64,000 nt of DNA, taken from assembly GCF_036321535.1 (NCBI RefSeq), contig NC_087437.1, forward strand, positions 74,836,001 through 74,900,000, in the 5' to 3' direction. Within the stretch, counting starts at the first letter, position 1; each line of letters begins with the position of its first letter. This document shows positions 25,781-38,483 of this stretch, one piece after another. The position numbers were made by a program, and so were the translations under genes. The notes beneath the pieces were generated by a model. The model was not told the origin of the DNA, searched no databases, and was given only the letters and a program-made list of their open reading frames with translations. This DNA is from Camelus dromedarius. Its lineage: Eukaryota.

Positions 25781-26619
25781 GACACCTTCATCTAATACCC
25801 AACCCTTAATAAGAACATGTGATAAAAGGTCCAGTCAGTTTCAGACAAGCAGACTATCTTTACACACCCTATGCCAAGTTCCACTGAACTCTAGCCTGTC
25901 TTCACCCAGACTGACGCAGGGTCCTGAAGGCAATTCTGGAGTGTGTATTCCAGGAGGCCAATTAGGAGACCCATTTCTATATTTCCCTGTTTCCTGGAGC
26001 ATTTCTGTTTCTTAGAGGTATGTATATTCTGAAGTTCAGAGGATTCTTCTCTAGAATTCCAAAATGTCCTCAAGAGATCAGAAGACTACTTCTCAAAGTC
26101 TGAAATAAGTAGCCCTTCTTCCCCAGTGAGCAGCAGACCAGAAGCCATTCTACTCTTCTCAGTCTCACATGGGGCTGGATAAGAGACAAAACCATAGAAA
26201 TTACTAATGGTACAAATGATTATAGCACCTTTAATTTATTAGCATTTATCAAATGACGTGTGTTATTCAAGGTTAACACATCATCTCATTTAATTCATTT
26301 CATTCATCTTCATCAACAACTCTGGGATGTAAGTGTTAGTAGTTCGCCTTTAGGGACGAGGATATTAAGGCTCAGAGTTTTAAACTCTACTTACCCAGGG
26401 TCACATGGCTGGGTCTGTCTGACCTCCTTCAATATATTACCGTTAAGATCCTGCTCAGAGATTATTGAGCCTAAGAAGGATCTTCATCTCTGGGCTGACC
26501 CAAAAGGTGTCAGTTTGTCCCAATGTCCTGAAATATGTATGACATCCTGACAGCTGGACTTCTGGCCAGTGTGAGTGACTTATCAGTCCTAACCACTTAG
26601 ATGTCTTTGTCAATTATAG

Positions 26620-26710
26620 AGGAAGCTTCAGATATCATTTACTTTGGAACATCCAAGAAACGGTTATCGACCTTGAAGTTTATTGGGCAATATGGCAATG
26701 GTCTTAAAAG
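26620..26710 (+). CDS. MORC1: MORC1 exon 5 (EEASDIIYFGTSKKRLSTLKFIGQYGNGLK-S), GHKL motif III
   Basis: Acceptor caattatag|A, donor AAG|gtgaga. Confidence 0.96.
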
Positions 26711-27376
26711 GTGAGACTTTTTTTTCTTTTAATTCATATATTATTGATGTGGATTATTGAGGGAATAATATTTAGATAAAGGAAATCTTACAGAGAATGA
26801 TCTAAGTTTGTAAAGATTAAGAAATAATATAAACTTGAGAGTCCTACCTTGTTTTAGAATTTTCATACCCATAACTGACTTAAATCTTCACAATATTTTT
26901 CAATTTAAATCTCAAGTAGGTGATGAATCTTTTTTTCAGGGATTGCTGAAGTAGCACCCCTGTACCTTGGAGCTTCATTGTATTTTTGTGTTCTGTTGTT
27001 TCTCAAGCATACCACAGTGTAGGTGTTATGTGTCCGCAGCATATTTTATTAGTCCACCTCCATAAAAGGTGAGGACATGAGGCCACTAACACGTGTGTAA
27101 CACCTGCCAGGGACAAGATGATTGTTCTTTGCTTGAGCCCTAGCACCTTATCTTCAGTAGTCACATCCCAAGCAAGAGTGTGGCGCTATATTAGTTCAAA
27201 TCCTGCTTGGCTTTGAGGAAAAAAATCATACTTGTACTCTCTTGGTTTTTGGTTAGCAAAACATTGGAGTTCTTTCTAGGAAAAGAACAACCCATTGTAG
27301 TACACAGTATCATGCCTGCCTGTTCCTTCTTTCTGCTGTTTGAGGTGTAAACCATTGTTTTTGATTTTTAATATAG

Positions 27377-27485
27377 TGGATCCATGAGGATTGGAAAAGA
27401 CTTTATTCTTTTTACAAAAAAGGAGGAAACGATGACCTGTGTGTTTTTTTCTCAGACATTCTGTGAAAGAGAAGGTCTGAATGAG
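27377..27485 (+). CDS. MORC1: MORC1 exon 6 ([36 protein letters not shown])
   Basis: Acceptor tttttaatatag|T, donor GAG|gtaagg. Confidence 0.96.
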
Positions 27486-27598
27486 GTAAGGGTTGAGATT
27501 TTCCTTTGGTTCCCATGGTAATGGGGTTGTTTTCATTTACCATCTCAGGAGATAAAGTCTATCATAGGTTCTTTCTGATTATGATTTAGAAAGTTAAG

Positions 27599-29531
27599 CA
27601 GGATACAAGATTAACATACGGAAATCAGTTGCATTTCTTTACGCTAACAATGAAATATCAGAAAAGGAGAGTAAACAAACAATCCCTTTTAAAATTGCAT
27701 CCAAAAAAATAAAATACTTAGGAATAAATCTGACCAAAGAAGTAAAAGACTTACACATGGAGAACTACAAAACATTGACTAAGGAAATTAAAGATGACTT
27801 AAAGAAATTGAAAGATGTCTCATGTTCTTGGTTTGGAAGAATTGATATTGTTAAAATGGCTGAAGCAATCTACAGATTTAATGTGATCCCTGTCAAATTA
27901 CCCAGGGCATTTTTCACAGAACTAGAACAAATAATCCTAAAATTTATATGGAATCACAAAAGACCCAGAATTGCCAAAGCAATACTGAAGAAAAAGAATG
28001 AAGCTGGAGGAATAACCCTCCTAAACTTCAGACACTACTCCAGAGCTACAATGATCAAAACAGCATTATGTTGATACAAAAACAGATATATGGATCAATG
28101 GAACAGAATAGAGGGCCCAGAAATAAACCCACAGACTTTTGGTCAATTAATCTTTGACAAAGGAAGCAAGAATATCCAATGGAACAAAAACAGTCTCTTC
28201 AGCAAATGGTGTTGGGAAAACTGGACAGCTACATATAAATCAGTGAAGTTAGAATACTCCCTCACACCATACACAAAAATAAACTCAAAATGGCTTAAAG
28301 ACTTAAACATAAGACAAGACACTATAAACCTCTTAGAAAAAAAAATAGGCAAAACATTATCTAACATAAGTCTTAGCGATGTTCTCCTAGGGCAGTCTAC
28401 CTAGGCAACAGAAATAAAAGAAAAAATAAACAAATGGGACCTAATTAAATTTATAAGCTTTTCACATCAAAGGAAACTAAAAAATAAAACAAAAAGACAA
28501 TCTACAGAATGGAAAAAAATATTTGCAAAAGGTGAGACTGACAGGGCTTAATTTATAGAATATATAAACAGCTTATACAACTTAACAATAAAAAAAAAAA
28601 ACAGCTCAATCCAAAAATGGGCAGAAGACCTAAACAAGCAATTCTCCATTGAAGATGTGCAAATGGCCAATAGGCACATGAAAATATGCTCAATATTGCT
28701 AATTATCAGAGAAATGCAAATCAAGTCTACAGTGTGGTATCATCTCACACCAGTCAGAATGGCCGTCATTCAAAAACCCACAAACAATAAATGCTGGAGA
28801 GGGTGTGGAGAAAAGGGAACCTTCCTACACTGTTTGTGGGAATGTAGTTTGATACAGCCCTTATGGAAAACAGCATCGAGATTCCTCAAAAAACTAAAAA
28901 TAGACTAACCATATGATCCAGTAGTCCCACTTCTGGGTAGGTGTATATCTGAAGGGAACTTTAGTTTGAAAAGATACATGCACCCCAGTGTTTCTAGCAG
29001 CACCATTTACAATAGCCAAGACATGGAGACAACCTAAATGTCCATCGACAGAAGACTGGATAAAGAAGTTGTGGTATATTTATACAATGGAATACTACTC
29101 GGCCATAAAAAAGAATAAAATAATGCAATTTGCAGCAAGATGGGTGGACCTGGAGATTGTCATTCTAAGTGAAGTAAGCCAGAAAGTGAAAGAAAAATAC
29201 CACATGGTATCACTCATGTGCAACCTAAAAAAAAGCCAAATGAACTTGTTTACAAAGCAGAAACAGACTCACAGACATAGAAAACAAACTTACGGGGAGG
29301 GGAGTGGGAAAGGATAAATTGGGAGTTCAAGATTTGGAGATACTAACTACTATATATAAAATAGGTAAACAACAAGTTTATACTGTATAGCACAGGGAAC
29401 TATATTCAATGTCTTATAGTAATCTATAAATAACATGAAGACGAATATATGTGTATGTATGACTGAACTATTACGTTGTACACTAGAAATTGACACAACA
29501 TTGTAAACAGACTGTACTTCAATTTAAAAAA
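27599..29531 (+). mobile_element. 5'-truncated L1: disrupted ORF2 C-terminal part and 3' UTR, sense to MORC1
   Basis: ORF-track peptides are L1 ORF2 ([54 protein letters not shown]) with stops and frameshifts; TSD agaaa(g/t)ttaag at 27588-27598 and 29532-29542. Confidence 0.95.
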
Positions 29532-30539
29532 AGAAATTTAAGAATATATATATGTATTTGGGAAATGGAGAGAGGGTGGCTGCCCATCCTGGGGTCATTA
29601 GAATCTTGTCCTATTGATCTTTTCTTGAGTAAGTTTTTAACTCCTAGGCAGTTTTCAGAACTTTATTATCCAGGTACACAAATCTTCAGGATAAGAGGCT
29701 CCCTTTGGCACAATGAGCTTTTTGGAAGAAGCCTACAAAACAATTACTCTACTTGTCCAAAAATAGATGATCATTTTTAAAATAAATAGAATACTGGATT
29801 CACAATACTTGGAATATGACATCTAAAGAAATTGAATGCAAAACATACTTAAAACTATAACTCTAACTCTCATAATTTCAACTCCATTTGCTGACCCAGA
29901 GACATTTTATTAATCTGCAGTGTTTGAGTTTTACTATTATGAACATCAGTTATAATTCAGTATAGCAAATGCATGTTGAGGCATCGCTATTGGCCCAGCA
30001 CTGGATAGACCCAGCTAGAAAGCAGAAGAAAACTGTCTGACTGTCAAAGTGTTCTCAGTCTTGTCACAAAATAAGGCAGACAAGTGTGAATTTGATAAAT
30101 AACAAAGCAAGGGTGTTTAAAAAGCATGCTGTTCAGTGAGTATGTATTCCTGCTGTTACAGAACTATCCAAAGCAATGATGTGGATAGAGAGATTAGAGA
30201 ACCTTGAGTGGTCAATGAGGGTTTTTATGGAGAGGGTACAATTTACAACTGTAAAGGCAGGTATGTGGTGAGAAATGGCATTTGGCAAGTGTCAGACTGG
30301 GAGATGATTGTGGGTTTGGAGGGATAGTATGGAAATTGCCCAGCAGGAAGCCGTCATGTCCACTGGCAGTCCTGGCTTGGGGCTGGAGCAGTCTGTAGGC
30401 AGTAGAGAGTAGCTGAGTGGGATTCTGACATGAGGAGGAGCCATACTTTAAGCATTTACATTATGTCTCTTGTATGTAAAGGGCATGGAGGGAAGTTGGG
30501 TCACAGCCGAGGTTATAGCTTTCCTAAAATGGGCCATTC

Positions 30540-32680
30540 TCTTTTTTTAAACTAAAACCAGCAACCCCTTCCCATTTCCACTTATACAGAGGCAATCTCC
30601 TTCAACAGTATTTTGATATTTTCCTGCAAATCTCTATGTAACATGCTTGTATTGCTACTTCTTGACTTGATGTAGGCATTATTTGTTAACCTCCCACTAG
30701 AAAACAGGAGGGTTTACCTATTTCTTTTCCTTTCCTCCTATCACACATACCCACCCTTCCAATTCTCCACTCTCAACATAGTTCGACTGTAATTTTGGTT
30801 ATGCCAGTTTTCAGTGTTTATGTTACGAGACTGTATGAACACTATGCACAGTTAGGCTGTCTCATGAACTATCATTTTTTCCCTTTCCTGCACCACTTTT
30901 AATTAATAATTAATAATTGCTTAGTGTTCTGTGTGCTTATCTCTGCCTGCGTGTGTGCTGGTTTTATATGCCTTTATCACTATGTTAACCCCAATCTCAA
31001 GCTGCCATTTTGTCAGTCCCACCTTCTTGAAGAGCTCTGCTTTGGAATTTTCTCAGGCGTTGCCCCTCACACTCCTGCTTTCCAAAGCTGGCATTCATCT
31101 GTCATCCTGGGATCTGCCCTGCCACCCTCCTGGCGATTCTCTTCACCTCTCTTCTGTGTCACATTTCAAATTTCTTTCCTTGCTTGCTCCCTCTTCTTGT
31201 TGTGACACATCTTCCATTTGCTTTCTCAGCAAGAGGGCATGAGAGAGAAAATATTTTGAGACTTCACATGCAGGGAACTGTTTTTATCGTACCCACTTAA
31301 TGATAGTTTGGCTTGGTATTTTTTTCTTAGAATTAATTTTCTTTCAGGATTTTGAAGGCATTGCTCCATTATCTTCTAATTTCTAGTGTCATTATTTAAA
31401 AAGCTTGAAGACATAGAGAACAAACTTATGGTTACCAGGGGTTAAAGGGAATGGGGAGGGATAAATCAGAAGCCTAAAAATTGCACCTCTTGGGGAGTGA
31501 TGGAAATGTTAGCTGTCTTGATTGGTGGTTTCATAGGTGTATACATCTATCGAAATTCATCAAAGTGTACATCTGAAATATGTGTAGTTTACTGTACAGA
31601 AAGCATATCACAATAAAGGTGTAAAAAGATAAAAATAAGTTATTTGAAGCCATTTTAATTCCCAAGTCTTCTGTGTGACCCATTCTTTTTTTTTTTTTTT
31701 TTTTTGAAGATCTTTGTTCTTATCTTTTCTCTTTTGCTTTCTGTCCTTTATAGTTTTTGTTTTGTTTTCTTGGAGATTTTTCTAACATTTCTTCCAACCC
31801 TTTCATAGAAAAATTTTCCTATAATCATATTATTTATTTCTAAGGAATATTTAAATTTTCTCATTATTCCTTTTTAAAGATACATAGTTCTTGTTTCATG
31901 GATACAGTATTGCTTCTTAGAGCTCTGAAGATATCAACTATGATTGATTTTTTCCCCCTGAAATTTTCATCTTTCTCTTACGGTTTTTGTTACCACTGAC
32001 TTGCTTGTTTGTGCTTGTTTATTTGGTCTGAATCACATTAGAGGCTTTTCTTAGATGGCTTTTAATCCTCAGTACTTTGAAGATCAGTCCAATAAAATGT
32101 CAGTTGAAAGCTCTGGGAGTGTAGTGTGGGTGGGGCTTGGCAGCCATGAGTGCCACAATAATGTGATCTAGATGGCCTGTTTTTTTTGGAAATCCTCAGT
32201 GTCTTTCCTTCTGGGCTGGTCAGCTATCTCAAAAAAGACCCCTACAGTCTTCTGCCTGAAGGCCTAGCTGACTGACAGCTTCCTGGCAACCAAATGAGAG
32301 AAGAGGTCTGGGGTTCTCAGCATCCAACAAGTATACTTTTATATAATCCCCCTAATTTCAGTATGTCCCTAGCCAACTGTGCATGATTTGTCCTCTAATC
32401 CAGAAAAGCATTTTCCCACTCTTTCCAGAGCATAGACATCCCGTCCCAGTGGAGGTGGGGGAGGAGCTATTGCCAGATGGGGCTCTCTCTTCCTTTTACC
32501 CACCTCCAGAGTTAATTCATGCCATCAACCTCTGAGCCTTTGAGGAGACTGAGTTGTAAATCAGGCTGGTTCTTCTCTTTTCTGGCATGGGCTTCAGACT
32601 GGTTTTCTTGGATGTGCTGTCATATGCTTTTCAGCTTCTAAAATGTCGATACCATTGCTCCCTCTGCCATTCAACCTATA
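30540..32680 (-). mobile_element. Ancient HAL1-like (half-L1) element
   Basis: A T-rich 3' end passes within about 700 bp into antisense ORF1-type sequence (aatgatagtttggc, ttttgaaggcattgctccattatcttcta) with no ORF2; boundaries approximate. Confidence 0.55.
31409..31636 (+). mobile_element. Short chimeric L1-type 3' end inserted in the HAL1-like element
   Basis: 5' part matches the young L1 UTR at 29273-29320; 3' part matches 24113-24259; ends AATAAA plus an A-rich tail. Confidence 0.8.
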
Positions 32681-32937
32681 GCTCAGTAGGGAGCTGAAGT
32701 AGACTCCATCTGTCTGCATGTTCTGCAGTAGAGCATTTTAGAATAAAATTTGGAGTATACATATTTGTTACTCGTCTTCTCCTTGTAAAACTAGAATGTG
32801 GGGGAAGGGGAATAAACTTTAACTTTGTGTTTTATAATTCGGCTGGATGGTAAATGAACAGAATTAGGATCAGACAGAAGAATGATGGTTTTCATTTGTG
32901 TATTTCATAGTAAATTGATGTGCATTTTTTTAAATAG

Positions 32938-33097
32938 GTTGTGGTTCCAATACCTTCATGGTTAACAAGAACCAAAGAATCTGTCACAGATGATCCTCAA
33001 AAGTTCTCAACAGAACTGTCTATAATTTATGAGTACTCTCCGTTTAAAACCGAAGCTGAATTGATGCAGCAATTTGATGTGATCTACGGGAAGTGTG
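32938..33097 (+). CDS. MORC1: MORC1 exon 7 (VVVPIPSWLTRTKESVTDDPQKFSTELSIIYEYSPFKTEAELMQQFDVIYGKC-G)
   Basis: Acceptor ttttttaaatag|G, donor GTG|gtaaga; overlaps ORF-track entry 32941..33126. Confidence 0.96.
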
Positions 33098-33859
33098 GTA
33101 AGATCATCAAAACTCTGAAATTTTGATGGAAGTATTTGTTTTCAGTGTCTTATGAAAGACTCAATGTTTTCATATTTTTTCTATTTATAATATCACATGG
33201 GATATCATATGGGGTGGTTATTTGTCTTATTTATGTAACTTTTGTCTTAGGCGAATCCAAACAGGAATCACTGTTAAGTCCCTGACACTTGGAGAAAGGT
33301 GTGTACTTGTATAAGCTTGGTGAAGCTGGATGGGAAGAGGGTGATACAGTCCCTGCATGAGACAGCAAAGTCTGGAGGTGTTTACTGCAGCATCCAAGAT
33401 TAGATGATCCCAGGGTTTATAAGACTGTTAGCAATTTATAAAGTAACCAGTTCAGACTTCTGTGCCAGTCTTTCTTCAGACTTCTACAACTTTTCTTATC
33501 TAGAAACAAAAAGAATCCTACTCTAGAGAAAGCTATTTGCATTCTGCTTTTTGTAATAGTTATTGGCAGAATTCTGTTATGTTTATAGTAAAATTGTTTT
33601 ATGTTATGTTGTCTAGTAAAATTCTGAGAAACTTTGTTTCTAACTTGGTCTATGTTACCTTCAGAATTTCTTCTCTAATTTGTTTAAAAGGGAAGTTTTC
33701 TGTTATTGTTTTCCCTTTGTCATAGAGGGAAAAATATTGGCAGCTAAGTAAATATTCATTTCATTAATATCCACATGGCATACTTTAAAGACAGTTAATG
33801 TAATCTCTTAGCTGCCTTCCAATTGTGAAATGCTCATATAAGTAGTAACAAAGAGTCTA

Positions 33860-34085
33860 GTACTTCCTGAATACTTTTCTAAATGCTTTGTAAAAGTTAA
33901 CTCATTTAATCTGTAAAACAACTCTATGTGGTAGGTACCTCATGAGCTCCATTGTGTAGACTAGAAAACTTAGGTTCAGAGAAGTTAAGAAACTTATCTG
34001 AGGCCATTATGCTAGCAAATGATTGATCCCAGATTTAGACACAGGCATTTAGGTTCCCAAATCCAAGTCCAAATCCTCAGTCACT
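33860..34085 (-). mobile_element. MIR SINE
   Basis: ttaactcatttaatct...acaactctatgtggtaggtac...gaaaacttaggttcagagaagttaag. Confidence 0.78.
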
Positions 34086-34227
34086 CCACTGTTCTCCCTT
34101 CTGTTTTAGTATTACCAAAAAAATTATAATTGGTTGTTCTTTTAATTTCTCTGACGTTGCTATTTGTCCTTATATTATAATCAACATCATAAAGAATTTG
34201 GACTTCTTTGTTTACTTTGCATTAGAG

Positions 34228-34443
34228 CAGAGGTCAGCAAACTAGGGCCTGCAGGTCAAATCCTGCCCCATACCTGTTTTTGTAAATAAATTTTTATTGG
34301 ATCATGGCCACATCATTCATTTATGTATTCGCTACGGCAGCTTTCATGTTACAACTGTGGAGTTGAGTTGTGAGTAGTTGTGAGAGGCCTGAAAGGCCTG
34401 AAATATTCATTATCTGGCCCTTTACAGAGTTTACCAACACCTG
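34228..34443. mobile_element. hAT-Charlie MITE, MER58A-like
   Basis: Imperfect TIRs cagaggtcagcaaact / agtttaccaacacctg; 8-bp flanks cattagag / ttttaggg. Confidence 0.85.
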
Positions 34444-34871
34444 TTTTAGGGCCTAAAAGCAATACTTCATATTTACACAAATTTAAAAAACTCATCTTTG
34501 TTCTTATGGGCATTGATTTCGGTTCTGCCAATGAGAGCTTTACCTATAATACAAATTTGGCTCAGGCTTCTAACAGTTTTTATAATGCAAATTATGAAAC
34601 CAGTGCCAAAGTTTAAGAATCCACATTGAAATATATAATGAATTGAGTAGTAAAAAGAAGCACTATACTGTAGAAACTCAACACTCCTTGGCACAGAGTA
34701 GAATTTGCTGTAAGACGTATATTTTGGAACTTATCCAAGCATACTATTTACTGAAGTACAAAAGGAAATTCGGTCTATGGCAGGCTTAATTCCACAGATG
34801 AGACAATAGCACCATGACTAATACTTAGTGTAGTTAAATATTGACAAGTCAAACATCTACTTTTCCACTAG

Positions 34872-34977
34872 GAACTTTGCTGGTTGTTTATAACTTGAAG
34901 CTTCTGCTTAGTGGAGAGCCTGAGTTGGATGTTAAAACTGACAAGGAAGATATACTGATGGCGGGAGCTCTTGAGGA
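34872..34977 (+). CDS. MORC1: MORC1 exon 8 (TLLVVYNLKLLLSGEPELDVKTDKEDILMAGALE-D)
   Basis: Acceptor ttttccactag|G, donor GGA|gtgagt. Confidence 0.96.
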
Positions 34978-35129
34978 GTGAGTAATTTGTGCCTTTGGCA
35001 GAATGTGTCTCAATGGCAGTGAGCTGGAGTTAGGAGCCCTGCATCCTGGTTCCAGGTCTGGGGCCACTGGGCCTTAGCACTGGGATAATTCATTTTACCT
35101 CAGTTAGAGATGAAGTGAGCTAGGCTAGA

Positions 35130-35310
35130 CCACTGAGTCCCAAATCTGGCTGTGCCTCTGAGTGACCTGGACAGCTCCCTGAGAAGTATAGAATCCTGTC
35201 TTGTCTCAGATCTACTGAGTCAGAATCTCTAGATATCAAGCCTAGAAATCAGTTTTTCGTATGTTCGCTGGGTGATGCAGAGGTGCCAGCATGGGTGTGG
35301 ACCACTGGAA
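35130..35310. mobile_element. MER5-like hAT MITE
   Basis: cagatctactgagtcagaatctct...gcctagaaatc...ggtgat motif. Confidence 0.65.
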
Positions 35311-35749
35311 CATAAGACATCTAAGGTTCTCTAATTCCCAGACTCCTATTTTATGAGTGTTAAAACTGAGGAAAAAAACACAAGTTCATTGTTCATTACA
35401 GATCATTAAAAAAAAAAGACATATTATATGGCGTGAAGCAAAAAGGAATACGACTGAATGGCAATTCACAATGGCCTTATGAACCACATACTTGCAGTTT
35501 ATAAAGAAATAAATGAACACATTCATTTTTCTTGGTTACTGGGGATCTGTAGGAAGTAGAATGAGAAAGCACTAGGGGGCATGGTGAAAAAGTGTGGTGA
35601 AATAATGGCACGGTGACCAAACTGAGATTTCCCTAAAGTAACTTTGTATTTAAAACTTACTAGTTTAAGCCTGTAGTCTCTTAGTGTCAAAATGCTAGAG
35701 CTAGGGGGAATTTTAAAGGAATTTAATTCAATCTGATTATTTTATGAAC

Positions 35750-36045
35750 CAGGGTTGTTCAATAGAAATATAATGAGAGCCACAAATATAAAACTCATAT
35801 GTCATCTTAAATTTTCTAGTAGCTACATTAAGAAAAGTAAAAAGAAACAGGCAAAATTTCTAATTTTAATAATGTTTTTGTTTAATCTGGTACACAAAAA
35901 TATTATAATTTCAGTATGCAAAATATTGAGACATTTTACATTCATTGTTTTCCATCTAAATATTTGAAATCCAGTGTGTGTTTTATGCATATAGCACACA
36001 TCATGTGCGCCTGTGGCCGGTAGCTACCATACTGGGCAGTGCAGC
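35750..36045. mobile_element. hAT-Charlie MITE, MER33-like
   Basis: cagggttgttcaatagaaatataatgagagccaca start; ggtagctaccatactgggcagtgcag end. Confidence 0.78.
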
Positions 36046-38483
36046 TTTAGACTAAGAGATTAAGAACCAAGTAAACACATCATCTTGGAGAACTTTTTCT
36101 TTTGCCTTTGAAGTGCAATTTTGAAAGTCCTTTCCCCAGTTAGAAAATTTAACATTTGATAACACAGTTTTAGATTATCTTTTCTATTTTTTTCTAATTT
36201 ATAATTTTTTCTCATTTTGTTCTAACATGTAGAATTCTTAATTTACACAGAAATGAAGGTCTTTTGTGTGTTTTTTTTTTTTTTTCTCTTGGAAAAAAAA
36301 ATTCAGCCTAATTACTGTTCTGCAAATGCTGGGAACCCTTTTGCCAACATTAACATGCCAATATCAGAAAGGAGGTCCAGAGCTTTTACTGGCACCTCCA
36401 TTACTGTCTCCTCCTTTTCCCGCTGGCCCTGCCTTTCTGCTTAACAGCTGGTTCCAAAACCGATGTCTCATACTATTTAAAAGCTTTGAGCTCACATTTC
36501 AAACAGTTATCTGTCAGAGAGCCTTGGCATTTCAACACTAGCATCAGGAAACAAATTATTAGAGAAATAATTTGACAGCTATTCTTTGGAAAAATTCTTA
36601 CTGTTTTCAGATTGTTTCATGGAACCAGAAGCCTCTTAAGCCATTTAGAAAATTAATTACAAAATAAAGAAAATGGATCAGACACAACATATACAATTAA
36701 ACTTCGGAACATTGACCACATTGGACTTTTTTGTTTGATTTTCAATTAACAATTTCATACTTTAATCACAAGAAAAGTTTTCTAAAGACAAGAATGGGAT
36801 TTTATGAGGAAGGATTATTGTAAGGAGGAGACAACTTCTATACCATGGTTGCTATACATTTCATAGTTTCTGCTGTGACTACCATGATGGTGCCAAGAAG
36901 GGACAGTATCACCTCCTGGGGAGGGGTAACAATGCCACTATAGTTCTTCTAAAAAGTCAGTGGATTCTGACATTAACACCTAATTCCTCTTCTCTCAGGG
37001 ACTAGAAAACCATTCAGTCCTTGGGCTCAAGGAACATGTCTGGTCCAGGATGGATCTTTTTCTGACTCCTCTTCCATTTATGACTTCTGATATTTGAACT
37101 TCTAATCTGGTAGAATTTACATAATGTTGGTTTCAAGAACAAGTGGTTTGTAACATAACTTTTTCGCCATTTCTTTTTCTTGTTACTGTATCCCCACAAA
37201 GCCACTGGGCATAATTCTGTATCTGTCTAAAACAAGTTTCAAACCTCAGAACTGTATAATCTTCACCTTTAGTCTTAGATGGTGTGCTCCTGCTGATTCT
37301 GAAAATAATTTTCTACATAGGAATAGGAAGATCCAAGCATTCAGGCTTTTGTTTGGCCTTGGAGAAGAGGTTTTCTGATATGATTTGTTTTCTTCCAGTT
37401 TTGTTTATTGTAAAAGCAAAAGTGAAAGAATATTTTTAAAATTTTTAAGGGGAAGAATTTATATATCATAATTGATTATTTGTATTATTTCATTCTGAAG
37501 TATAGCCTCATTTTTCTTTTTTCATTTACGATTTATTTCTAAACTTTGTTCTTCATTATGTAGTCTTAATATGCCTCCTGGTTTCTTTCCTTTTGAAACA
37601 CCTTTATTGTGGTATACTTCCTGTGCTCATAATGATTTATTGATAAGCGGCTTTATACCAGTCCATTAAGTTGATTCATCGTAATTTATGTAATAATTCC
37701 TGTATTTTGGATAGTAGCATTAGTCTCAGTGTTTCTCATTATTTGTGGATAATGTTGAAATAAATATTTCATACAGGTGGATTTTTTAAATTTTTTAAAA
37801 TTATTTTCTTTAAGACAGATTCCCAGGCACAGAACTACTGAGTCCAAGGGTCTGAACTTTCATACATTTCTTGTGAATATTTGGCATCAATTTTAAACTT
37901 AGCAATCAAAACCTTTTATCATTCTGCTATGGGCTTAAGCTCTAACTAGTAATCCAACCATTGGCAAGGCCTTGTTTCAAGATGACAGTAACCTCATGAA
38001 AATTTCCTTAGGAGTGATGCTCAAGCACACAGGCAGTGGCATGTGCTTTGGAAGTATTATCTGAAAACAACCCGTTTTCACTTAAATTTAAAAAATTATA
38101 TGTAGATGCCAGTCATCTCAGAACTTCAGAATGCAGATGAGGCAGAAGTTTGCACTAGTGTGTGAAATGTTAAATTGAAGTTTGAATCTGTGAATGTGGT
38201 ATGTAGAAAGGACCAGGGAAACACACAGAGGTTCCAGTGTGATGTGCGGAAAGTGAGTTGTACCTGCAGGGAAAGAATTGTGTTGAATTTTTCATGTTAA
38301 ATTAAAGAAAGTTTCCAGAAAGGAAAGAAGATGGCATGAAAAATAGCTTTGTAAGAAGTCAAAAGAAAATCAAGAGTTTGGAACAAAATGGAGGGGCACG
38401 GGGGCGCTGAGAATACTGAAAATTAAAGGTGAGCTAATAACAGAAAACAAGTTATTTCTTTAGGGCGTGCTTAGACAATTTTT

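Noticed and set aside
27757..29317. ORFs of 83-109 aa as host genes or an active L1
   Set aside because: Fragments of one L1 ORF2 broken by stops and frameshifts; no 5' UTR, ORF1 or endonuclease.
32901..32937. Upstream AG 27 nt before the exon 7 acceptor
   Set aside because: Its use would introduce an immediate in-frame TAA; nothing in the sequence suggests regulated use.
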